Made by a program: the position numbers and the translations under genes
Shown: piece by piece, positions 17,596 through 25,328 of the stretch
How the letters are laid out: every line of letters starts with the position of its first letter
Numbering within the stretch: the first letter of the stretch is position 1
IMG/VR virus record: IMGVR_UViG_3300011441_000032
Coordinates: 1 to 26,956 of that record
DNA: 26,956 nucleotides
Reading direction: 5' to 3' (one strand)
From: a virus
Taxonomy: Duplodnaviria; Caudoviricetes
Notes under the pieces: generated by a model
The model's input: only the letters and a program-made list of their open reading frames with translations
Database searches by the model: none
Told to the model about the DNA's origin: nothing

Positions 17596-17793
17596 TTATT
17601 CCTCGTCTCGTAAGTCGGGTCTAGATTCCTCATCATCTCCGTCATCTTTCTCATCAGGGTCTATTTTTTTAATACTTACAGAGCCGCAGAATGGGCAACA
17701 TATACATTCATCTGCATAACTTTTATCGTGACGAATTTCGTAGTTCATCTCACAGTCGCCACATTCAAACTCATGCCTTACATACCTGTCCAT
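17596..17793 (-). CDS. zinc-ribbon protein with acidic tail
   Basis: CGDC...CPFCG. Confidence 0.75.
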   Translation of the reverse strand: MDRYVRHEFECGDCEMNYEIRHDKSYADECICCPFCGSVSIKKIDPDEKDDGDDEESRPDLRDEE

Positions 17794-17804
17794 AATTTAC
17801 CTTG

Positions 17805-17996
17805 TCAAGGGGTATATTTGATTAACTTTACCAAATAAACCAAAGAATAAAGTATACCAAAAAAATAGCCAAAAGTAGCTATATCCCATGGTATTGTATT
17901 TCGTTCCAAATGGAATAAATAATCCCAAAAAAATGATACCCCCATAATGAATTGGCCGAGAAAGAAAAGCTTTAAACTCCTCGTAAACTCGTCCAT
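17805..17996 (-). CDS. small two-TM membrane protein
   Basis: two hydrophobic segments. Confidence 0.55.
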   Translation of the reverse strand: MDEFTRSLKLFFLGQFIMGVSFFWDYLFHLERNTIPWDIATFGYFFGILYSLVYLVKLIKYTP

Positions 17997-18059
17997 ATTT
18001 ATGGGGCTTTCAGTTCTTAGAATCCACCAGTGCCTTCAGATTTCATCGTTTATCTTTCC

Positions 18060-18263
18060 TTACCAGTTCCAAACCATACTAGCAATGGCTTCTGGAGTTT
18101 CTTTGACACTCCAAGTCTTTCCATCCGCAGTCTGCACGATTGTTTTCTCTGGGATTTCTCCATCAACTGGAAGCACAGAAGCATAATAACATACTATGTG
18201 TCTAGTGTTCAAGCGATATTCTGCATTGCCTTCATCTACGGAAGTGAGTGTAATCCAACCCAT
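18060..18263 (-). CDS. FlbD/SwrD-like small protein
   Basis: I.LT...LN..I...T.V...GK...VKETPE.I pattern. Confidence 0.55.
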   Translation of the reverse strand: MGWITLTSVDEGNAEYRLNTRHIVCYYASVLPVDGEIPEKTIVQTADGKTWSVKETPEAIASMVWNW

Positions 18264-18302
18264 TGTTTTATTCCTTTCTATTCCTATATTCGTTACTACT
18301 AT

Positions 18303-20228
18303 TTAGAGAGCACATGCTCCGCTCGTGCAGGCCAATTCTTGACTTACATTTGTATTATCAGTTTTTTCATACTCTTTTAATTGCTCAAAATCAAGTGTTT
18401 TTGGCATCTGATTTTGTAGGTCTACATAAGTCGCTTTATCAATCGCTTGAATCGGAGCTTGTTCATAGACATGACCATCATATGGAAAAAATGATAAACC
18501 TGTGATGGAATCAAAATTTTCAAAGACCCAAGATGCCACTTGCAACCAATCGTCTTTTTTGACATAGATAGAGCAACTGACCGTGTGTGTGGCCCAATTC
18601 TCTTTGACATGGAGCCAATGGCGCAACTGATCAACACCAGCAATGAGATTCGCGCAGATCGCATCGTCGGGCGATTTCTGAGGAAAGGAGAAGACAACAT
18701 CACGTGGATTCTGCTTACTCACTTCCCAAGGGATTTGTTGGTCTTTCAAGAACTTACAAAGAGGCGACATAGCGCTTTCCCGAGTCGTCCTAATGTAATA
18801 AGGAGAATAACGCGGATGGATACCACTTGCAACAGAGTAAAGTTCACCAGAATTTCCAGCCGGTTTGATAGCTGTTACAGAAGTAGAGGCAGAAATCCCT
18901 AAAAGTTTTGCCCATTCTTTGTTGGTTTGCCATACCACATCTTTCAATTCTCGTAACCATTTTCCAGATTCATCAGAAATCTTTGATAAAACAGGATGAT
19001 CCATTATACCGGCAAGACAAACACCAAGAAGTCTTTCTTCATCAACATTTTTTTTCCAACGTTTTCTCAAGTATTCAAAATCAGTAATTGTGGATTGAAA
19101 CGTACCAAGAATTGTTGCGAGTTTGACTTTACGTTTGAGTGATTGAAGTGTGTCGTTTGGACGAATAGCAATACCAGAAAGATTACACATCTGGAACGGG
19201 CGAAGAATAATCTCAGAACAGGGGTTAACTCCAAATGGAATACGCTGATCATCTTCATCTCTTGTTTTTCTATCTATGGCTTCACATTGTTTCCATAAAG
19301 CCGCGCGATTTATCATTCCAGGCTCCCCAGAACCGGAGCGCACTAAATCGGACCAGACACCAAGAAATTCAGAGGAATCCGGTTTTGATTCAAAGACAGC
19401 TGAAATGTTAGCCATCGCATAATGAGGATTTTCTTTCCCCCAATTACCTGACTTAGCATTGCGCATCTCAAAGTCATCTTTATCAAAAAGAGCAATTGTT
19501 GCTGACCGTCTAACACCACCTACAACAACAACTTGAGCGATGTAAGTCATAATAGAAAACACCTCAATTGGTTTGAGGCGTCTGGTTTTTGCTTTCTGAA
19601 AAACATTGATAATGTGATGATAAAGGTCTACAAGAACTTTTGGTCCTGAAGAATAACCACCAAATGTTTTTAGTCTTGCCCCTTCAGCGCGCAACTTGGA
19701 AACATCTAGATTGGGGATATTACCTGAATAAAGAATTGTTAAGAGTTGATTGAGAGCTACACACCAGCCTTTTCTTGAATCAGCTACGACAATCGTTGTG
19801 TCTGTTGGCATTATTTCTTCTGGAACTTCAGGAAGCTTATTTGTGAACCTAGATTCAACTGAAAAGCCAACACCTGATCCGCACATAAGACAATACATAT
19901 GTTCGGAAAAGGAACGAATACAATCAACGATAAGATAAGTGCAATTGAAGTTGGCAACTTGAACAGCTTCCAGAGCCTTACCAGCTGTCATCATAGCACG
20001 CATGGAAGGCATTACGTCAAATGCAAAAACCGAGTCAAAAAGATCGGTTTTGGTTTTAGCATCTAATTCAAATTGTAATTTTTCTTGGAGATGTTTTTCA
20101 AAGAAATCAACAAGTCTTGTGCAAGTCTCTTCCCAAGTTTCTCGGCGTTGTGTGTCTTCATTCCATCGGGAATATTTTGTGAGATGAATGACTTGTTGGT
20201 ATAGGTCCATAGAGGGGGAATTCTTCAT
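18303..20228 (-). CDS. nrdJ: class II adenosylcobalamin-dependent ribonucleotide reductase (monomeric type)
   Basis: KYSRW, RRETWEE, MPSMR, FNC, GSGVGFS, GGVRRSA, NPCSE, CNL, KPAG, C-terminal CTSGAC; no nrdB adjacent. Confidence 0.92.
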   Translation of the reverse strand: MKNSPSMDLYQQVIHLTKYSRWNEDTQRRETWEETCTRLVDFFEKHLQEKLQFELDAKTKTDLFDSVFAFDVMPSMRAMMTAGKALEAVQVANFNCTYLIVDCIRSFSEHMYCLMCGSGVGFSVESRFTNKLPEVPEEIMPTDTTIVVADSRKGWCVALNQLLTILYSGNIPNLDVSKLRAEGARLKTFGGYSSGPKVLVDLYHHIINVFQKAKTRRLKPIEVFSIMTYIAQVVVVGGVRRSATIALFDKDDFEMRNAKSGNWGKENPHYAMANISAVFESKPDSSEFLGVWSDLVRSGSGEPGMINRAALWKQCEAIDRKTRDEDDQRIPFGVNPCSEIILRPFQMCNLSGIAIRPNDTLQSLKRKVKLATILGTFQSTITDFEYLRKRWKKNVDEERLLGVCLAGIMDHPVLSKISDESGKWLRELKDVVWQTNKEWAKLLGISASTSVTAIKPAGNSGELYSVASGIHPRYSPYYIRTTRESAMSPLCKFLKDQQIPWEVSKQNPRDVVFSFPQKSPDDAICANLIAGVDQLRHWLHVKENWATHTVSCSIYVKKDDWLQVASWVFENFDSITGLSFFPYDGHVYEQAPIQAIDKATYVDLQNQMPKTLDFEQLKEYEKTDNTNVSQELACTSGACAL

Positions 20229-20322
20229 AGAAATACGATACTTCTCCTTTACAAAAAATAGTTGAAACCCCCATAAAAATGGGCATTTTACAAGATTCTG
20301 GGATGCTTAAACAGATATTGTC

Positions 20323-20922
20323 TTATTTAGGTTTTAGCTTGTCTTGGATAGTCGCCTTTAGCTCTTGAATATTGACCTTAGACCTATCCTTAATTTCCTT
20401 CATAATTTGCCCGATCAACCAATTTGTTGCTTTTTCTTGATCAGGCATTACAATAATTTTATTTTTATTTTCTTCTATCTTCTTATCAATTAAAGCAGTA
20501 AATTTAGACGTATCAACAACCTCATATTTCACGTTATCAAGGTTGCGATGAATATCAAATCCACTAAGTAGCTGTTTGAAAGCACTACCTGGAATGTTAC
20601 TAAACTTATCTATAAATGTTTTAAGAAGACCTATAGGTAAATCAGGAACAAGTAGATGAGCATTAATACAGAAGTCATGATCAGTTCTATTAAGACAAAG
20701 TGTAGATAAATCCCAAAAGCTACCACTATTTTTATCGCCTTCATACAATTCTTGAAGCTGTTTTGTATTCTCTTTGTTTAGTATCAACTTCAATTCTTCT
20801 GTTAAGATTCTCTCAAAAGACTTGAGAAACCAATAGTCTTGATTTACATATTTTACCCAAATAGCTTTATTGTTTGCATCATACCCAACTATCTTCCGTG
20901 TCTTGTCTACATTCTCTTCCAT
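20323..20922 (-). CDS. hypothetical protein with GatB/YqeY-like C-terminal domain
   Basis: IDKKIEEN...EKATNWLIGQIMKE...N..ELK..I..KL resembles the GatB tail. Confidence 0.6.
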   Translation of the reverse strand: MEENVDKTRKIVGYDANNKAIWVKYVNQDYWFLKSFERILTEELKLILNKENTKQLQELYEGDKNSGSFWDLSTLCLNRTDHDFCINAHLLVPDLPIGLLKTFIDKFSNIPGSAFKQLLSGFDIHRNLDNVKYEVVDTSKFTALIDKKIEENKNKIIVMPDQEKATNWLIGQIMKEIKDRSKVNIQELKATIQDKLKPK

Positions 20923-21932
20923 GACGCAAACTCCAACTCCGCTTCTAGCCCGCGATAGGTGTGTTTCTTCAACAAAAACTCAACATCTTCAGGTTTGAAG
21001 TGCGCTAGAACCATCTCGTTTATATCTTTATATGGGAGGTTCTTTGGCCAGATCACGACAGCATAATTATTTTTTACCGCGCTCCCAACGTTCGCCACAA
21101 TTTGCGGATTCCTTGGCTCATTATCATAGACAATGACTGCATTATCCAGATTGCAACCAACCTTCAATAACTCAGATGTGATTTTTCCGCCAGCCGTTGC
21201 AATCGCATTGGAAAGAAACATGGCATCAATCGGACCCTCTAGTATAAAGTATTTTCTGTTGAAGTCAACTCTGTTCCATCCCCATAGCTTTGGTTTGCTT
21301 TCATCTAGGATAATTGAAACATAACGAACCTTTGGATTCAGTCCCATAGCTCGCCCCTGATAACCAAACATTATTCCAGATGGATCAAATAGAGGAATAA
21401 TAATTCTCTCTTCCTCATATGGATAATCTTCATACTTCTTGGGAATTTGCTCATTAGTCCAAGATTGGAATCTATCGCAGAAGTATAGTTCGGAAAAGAA
21501 CTTACTAGGAATCAGCCGCGATTCTAGGTATTTTCTAGCAGGATGGCGTGAAGTCAAGTCTGAAATTAGTTCTAATGACACTAAAGACTTGTTATCGCGC
21601 AGCAGAATAGACTTGTCTTCGTGCGACAGAGTACACTTATCTTCGTTCGTTTCTGTATAACGATCATTGAAAAGATCGTGCCGATAACTCTCATAGAGTC
21701 CAGCATCTAGTTCTTTCAGAAACTTAGGGAAGGTGAAGGATTTGGAACAGTTGTGACAGGCAAACCAAAAATCGGCCTTACGTGAATAGATATATCCGCG
21801 CGCCTTGTTTGGATTCTTGGTTGAGTCGCCGCAGAAAGGACACCGAAAATTATAGAGTGTCGGACTTTTTCTTTTGAACTTTTGGAGACGACCAGATATT
21901 AAAAGGATATATTTCGTATCAATCCAATTCAT
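20907..21932 (-). CDS. gp61: T4 gp61-like DNA primase
   Basis: NFRCPFCGDS..CHNC zinc domain, GYQGR, TOPRIM EGPIDAMF, DNEPRN, KDINEM. Confidence 0.95.
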   Translation of the reverse strand: MNWIDTKYILLISGRLQKFKRKSPTLYNFRCPFCGDSTKNPNKARGYIYSRKADFWFACHNCSKSFTFPKFLKELDAGLYESYRHDLFNDRYTETNEDKCTLSHEDKSILLRDNKSLVSLELISDLTSRHPARKYLESRLIPSKFFSELYFCDRFQSWTNEQIPKKYEDYPYEEERIIIPLFDPSGIMFGYQGRAMGLNPKVRYVSIILDESKPKLWGWNRVDFNRKYFILEGPIDAMFLSNAIATAGGKITSELLKVGCNLDNAVIVYDNEPRNPQIVANVGSAVKNNYAVVIWPKNLPYKDINEMVLAHFKPEDVEFLLKKHTYRGLEAELEFASWKRM

Positions 21933-22228
21933 TTACGATTTTTATCAGTCCATTCCTTAGCAATTTCAAAACAATAATCTGGAGGTGTTTTTTCTTTTAC
22001 GCAGCGTTGAATCATATCCGCTTTAGCCTGCTCAACAGGACTTGTTGCTGGAATAGTATCTTTCATAGCATAAAGAAAAACAAGAAAAATCACTAATAAT
22101 AGAAACATAGGAATACCATCTTCCTCTTCGTCTTCGTCTTCTTTCTCTGGTTGTTGTAGATGTGGTTGTGGTATATATCTATAAACAAGAATTGCTCTTC
22201 TTTCATATGCTCTATAATACAATCTCAT
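21929..22228 (-). CDS. membrane protein
   Basis: acidic run then TM helix; AGGTGA SD. Confidence 0.65.
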   Translation of the reverse strand: MRLYYRAYERRAILVYRYIPQPHLQQPEKEDEDEEEDGIPMFLLLVIFLVFLYAMKDTIPATSPVEQAKADMIQRCVKEKTPPDYCFEIAKEWTDKNRK

Positions 22229-22250
22229 AACTCACCTAATAATAATTTTT

Positions 22251-22328
22251 TGGTACTGGCTGGTGGAATTGAACCATACCATCTCCGCATTCACAGTGCG
22301 GCACTCTAAGCCATTGAGCTAAGCCAGC
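22251..22328 (-). tRNA. tRNA-His(GTG), alphaproteobacterial type
   Basis: GCTGGCT/AGCCAGT acceptor, CCGCA-CTGTGAA-TGCGG arm, A73, encoded CCA; 2-nt bulge in T stem. Confidence 0.9.
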
Positions 22329-22335
22329 GCGAAGA

Positions 22336-22411
22336 TGGCACGGGAGAGAGGAATCGAACCCCTGATGACGTAGGTTTGGAGGCTACCGCTGTGCCACTCA
22401 GCTACACCCGT
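22336..22411 (-). tRNA. tRNA-Trp(CCA)
   Basis: ACGGGTG/CTCCCGT acceptor, loop CTCCAAA, GGTTCGATTCC, G73, encoded CCA. Confidence 0.9.
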
Positions 22412-22421
22412 AATTCGTGGT

Positions 22422-22450
22422 ATTATACTGCGAATTGGTATTTAGGTCAA
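22422..22450 (-). promoter_or_regulatory. sigma70 promoter of the tRNA pair, with nested CTAAATA
   Basis: TTGACC-N17-TATAAT ending 11 nt before tRNA-Trp. Confidence 0.8.
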
Positions 22451-22454
22451 GGTC

Positions 22455-22670
22455 TTACCAACGCTTTATGGGTGCGACATTACCTTTTATTTCCATTGTT
22501 TCTGAGTCGCGTTCATCTGGCTCTTCCATTTTTGGTGGATTAACCTTATCAGCAATTCTAACGCATAGTCTTACATCATCAACTTCAGAATTACTCTCTA
22601 AAAACTCTTGTAATACTCTTTCAATAAATTCACGTTCCTTTGTCGTGAAGGTGACATTAATTTTGGCCAT
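22455..22670 (-). CDS. hypothetical protein
   Basis: AAGGAG SD, 71 aa. Confidence 0.7.
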   Translation of the reverse strand: MAKINVTFTTKEREFIERVLQEFLESNSEVDDVRLCVRIADKVNPPKMEEPDERDSETMEIKGNVAPIKRW

Positions 22671-22675
22671 GACAC

Positions 22676-23110
22676 TTACTCCTTTTCTTCTTCTCCTAGC
22701 TTCCTTCTCTCATCAAAGAAATAGAGATAATCGTCATGATGAAGTTTCAACTCGGCTTCTGGTTGCGCATTGAATAGCTGAAGCCAACCAGAGTAATCAT
22801 CAAAATACTGGCGATGACTTCTTACTTTATCCAAACATTCATTCAAATCTTTAAGCATTTCTTCGTTGATTTCAACAGTCGGTTGACGTGAATAGGTATT
22901 GGAAGCAGAGAATCCTTGAGCAGCATTATTAGCCATCCGAAGAAGCTGACTTTTATCAATTTTGACGCCATCTTTCTGAATTTGCTCTTCAACTTCTTTC
23001 TGGCGCTTCTCCCAGAAAGTCAAACGACTCTGATGATAATTGAGCTTTAATTTAGATGCGACTGCAAGAGCCTTTCCGGCATAAGTAAATTTCCAAGTAT
23101 TCCGTTTCAT
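22676..23110 (-). CDS. conserved phage hypothetical protein
   Basis: start trimmed to ATG 23110 (MKRNTWKF) with AAGG SD; H..RL.FW..K..H..Y.GW..L..DD..YF pattern. Confidence 0.75.
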   Translation of the reverse strand: MKRNTWKFTYAGKALAVASKLKLNYHQSRLTFWEKRQKEVEEQIQKDGVKIDKSQLLRMANNAAQGFSASNTYSRQPTVEINEEMLKDLNECLDKVRSHRQYFDDYSGWLQLFNAQPEAELKLHHDDYLYFFDERRKLGEEEKE

Positions 23111-23126
23111 TGTCTTTAACCTTTTT

Positions 23127-23207
23127 AGAAGGAAGAAAGAGGGAGTGTTGGAAGCAAATCCACTCCCTCTTTCTGGCACATCACACGCGGGAGGAGCGGC
23201 GTGTGTA
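23127..23207 (-). ncRNA. candidate small RNA or structured leader with anti-SD loop
   Basis: own promoter; 7-bp hairpin with loop CGCUCCUCCC; perfect 14-bp hairpin with pyrimidine tail. Confidence 0.55.
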
Positions 23208-23213
23208 AGACTG

Positions 23214-23242
23214 GATTTAGACGCTTGTGCAGTTATTGTCAA
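23214..23242 (-). promoter_or_regulatory. sigma70-type promoter (alphaproteobacterial style)
   Basis: TTGACA-N17-TAAATC (equivalently CTTGAC-N17-CTAAAT). Confidence 0.6.
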
Positions 23243-23948
23243 GCGCTAGTTTTGCCGGCATTTGCAAATTCTTTAGAAACCTACGCCTAAATGTTTGAAA
23301 TATTACAGGGGGAGTTTTATATCTCTTTCTTTTACGACGGACCCCAGGCTCGCCTTTCGGACCAACACCAGCACCTTCTATGTTTCCACTTCCAATGTTG
23401 TTGACAGCCATCGCAGCATCTTCTCCAATATTTATGATATGAACAACATGATTTGGTCCCATTTCATCTTTTGTGCCTACATGATCATCAAATGAAGAAA
23501 AATAAGCCATCCGATGAAACTTCTTATGTAATACACGATTGTAATATTGCTTATGGATTTGTGGCAAAGCTTGAGTAACGTGGGCATGAGCTTCAGTAAG
23601 TGTATTACCAGGGACCGCAATTCCAAAAGAAGCAAGATGATGCGCAATAGCTTTAGTTGGATGTGAATCATCAAATCCCATAACATGAACCGTTACATTA
23701 TGCTGGCGTTCAGGTTTTGGCGACCAAGGTTCTGGAGATAGTTCTAGAAGTATATTTTCTTTAAGAGATTTTTTCTTGGATCGCTTTTCTTTATTCTTTT
23801 TCCGCATTCCGGCCGCCTTCTTAGCATAGTAGGCAGCAAGAGCCATTTTGATGCGAGTCTTTTTATCTTTGCCTTTGAACTTCGGATTATCAGAATGAAC
23901 GAAGTCTTTTATCCAGGCTTCAGGTTTAGCGTTCTTTGGAAGAGGCAT
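23217..23948 (-). CDS. putative capsid-internal protein (modular)
   Basis: DFVHSDNPKFKGK N-domain, SLKE/ILLE/IGE sites, EDA..NN.GSGNI.G..GEPGV tail, His-rich. Confidence 0.65.
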   Translation of the reverse strand: MPLPKNAKPEAWIKDFVHSDNPKFKGKDKKTRIKMALAAYYAKKAAGMRKKNKEKRSKKKSLKENILLELSPEPWSPKPERQHNVTVHVMGFDDSHPTKAIAHHLASFGIAVPGNTLTEAHAHVTQALPQIHKQYYNRVLHKKFHRMAYFSSFDDHVGTKDEMGPNHVVHIINIGEDAAMAVNNIGSGNIEGAGVGPKGEPGVRRKRKRYKTPPVIFQTFRRRFLKNLQMPAKLALDNNCTSV

Positions 23949-24412
23949 TAATCTGGCAACCTTTTTCGGATAGCATCAAAAACAGCATCGCCTTCTTTCT
24001 TATATTTACTACCTTCTCTACCATTGGAATAATTATCAAATTGATTTGAGAACCAGTGTTTATTTACACCATATGTCTTACCACCCCAATGAATTTTATG
24101 CTTGCTCTTGAACAAATCCTCATAATGTTTATAGTAATGCTTTTCCCCAAGTTTTTCTAAAGCAGTGATGGTTTTTCCATGATATTTGGCTAATGTTTTT
24201 GCGCCGGCCTCGTGTTGAATGTGCCATTGCTCACAATGATGTTCATGTTGAGCTAACAACTCATCTAAATGACCTTTAGTCCCTGGTTTGTTTTTGAATT
24301 GTGGAAGCTTAGACATATCAGCTTTAGGTTTTCCAAATAGCATCTCCAAAGCTTCTTTATCGCCTGAAAGTTTTATTTTACTTTCTGAGAGAAATTCCTG
24401 AAAAGTTTTCAT
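23948..24412 (-). CDS. putative internal head protein with T4 capsid-targeting sequence
   Basis: MKTFQEFLSE versus T4 CTS MKTYQEFIAE. Confidence 0.7.
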   Translation of the reverse strand: MKTFQEFLSESKIKLSGDKEALEMLFGKPKADMSKLPQFKNKPGTKGHLDELLAQHEHHCEQWHIQHEAGAKTLAKYHGKTITALEKLGEKHYYKHYEDLFKSKHKIHWGGKTYGVNKHWFSNQFDNYSNGREGSKYKKEGDAVFDAIRKRLPD

Positions 24413-24795
24413 AGCTTACTCAGAATGAAATTGATTTGTGTATCAGCTATTATTTCTCGTGTATCCACTTTCTTATCGTCCTTTCCAATTCCTGTAACTA
24501 CATCTGGTAATGTCCCTAAGAGTTCCAGAAACGGTTTCAAGTAAGGTAGATACTCCTCCATTTTGAAAACCAGAATTCTCGTAGCATGCTCTGGAGTAAA
24601 GACATTGTTTAGGATAATAATATGATTTAGAATCAATCTCTCTTTCAGCTTACCAGTTTTTTCATAACGAGTAAAAAGCTTCTTTAGATATTTGATCCTT
24701 ACGATATCACTATAGAATTCTTCAAGAGTCGCACAGTAAGGATTGTTATAAAATTTCGCACAGTATAGTAAAAAGTTGTCTTCCGATATATTCAT
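24409..24795 (-). CDS. conserved T4-like phage hypothetical protein
   Basis: NFLLY..Y.NP.C..EEF..D..RIKY.K.L..Y..G.L.ERLILNH..NVF. Confidence 0.8.
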   Translation of the reverse strand: MNISEDNFLLYCAKFYNNPYCATLEEFYSDIVRIKYLKKLFTRYEKTGKLKERLILNHIIILNNVFTPEHATRILVFKMEEYLPYLKPFLELLGTLPDVVTGIGKDDKKVDTREIIADTQINFILSKL

Positions 24796-24798
24796 TCA

Positions 24799-24987
24799 TT
24801 ATTTTTTAGAAGGGTCTTCTTTCTTATCTTCTTTCTTCACTATCACAGGAGCTTTGTTTGTCATTTCTTTAGCAACATCAAAAGTCGTATAATATCCAAC
24901 ATGTTTACCGTTTGAATCAACAACATGAAATGGAAAATCCTCATGCTCACAAACATTTCCGTGCTTTCCTTCATAGATAGTTTTCAT
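24799..24987 (-). CDS. hypothetical protein
   Basis: AAGGA SD then ATG 24987 (MKTIYEG). Confidence 0.6.
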   Translation of the reverse strand: MKTIYEGKHGNVCEHEDFPFHVVDSNGKHVGYYTTFDVAKEMTNKAPVIVKKEDKKEDPSKK

Positions 24988-24997
24988 TTGAATTTCC

Positions 24998-25312
24998 TTA
25001 GAATGTGCCACCAAGGGCAATACGTCTGATGGTGTTGTTCGCAATCGCCACGTAAAGATAGTTGTCGTCATTCCAATATTGTCCTTTAGTGCAATTGGCT
25101 GTGCTATTGGCTGGCGTAGTATTGAATGTCACATAAAGATTCGCTGCTTTCACATCATGTGTGCTATTCGCAAGTAGATTGTGAATCGAAACATTCCTAG
25201 TTTCTGCATTACCATTTGGGTCAGTAGTAACAATAACATAAGCGTTACTACTGACTGTGTTTACAACAGGGATATCCTTTGATTCAATCGCTTCACTGAT
25301 ATTGTTGGCCAT
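24998..25312 (-). CDS. short fibre-like virion protein
   Basis: C-terminal TPANS..KGQ..D.NYLYV..NT..R.AL motif typical of phage fibre tips. Confidence 0.6.
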   Translation of the reverse strand: MANNISEAIESKDIPVVNTVSSNAYVIVTTDPNGNAETRNVSIHNLLANSTHDVKAANLYVTFNTTPANSTANCTKGQYWNDDNYLYVAIANNTIRRIALGGTF

Positions 25313-25328
25313 AGCAAATCTTTAGTTA

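Noticed and set aside
18303-20228. Intron or intein in RNR (also checked thyX and primase)
   Set aside because: Continuous ORFs of normal length with no splicing motifs
23111-23242. N-terminal 44 aa of the 188-aa ORF
   Set aside because: Its TTG start is the promoter -35 box and the region forms hairpins; ATG 23110 has an SD
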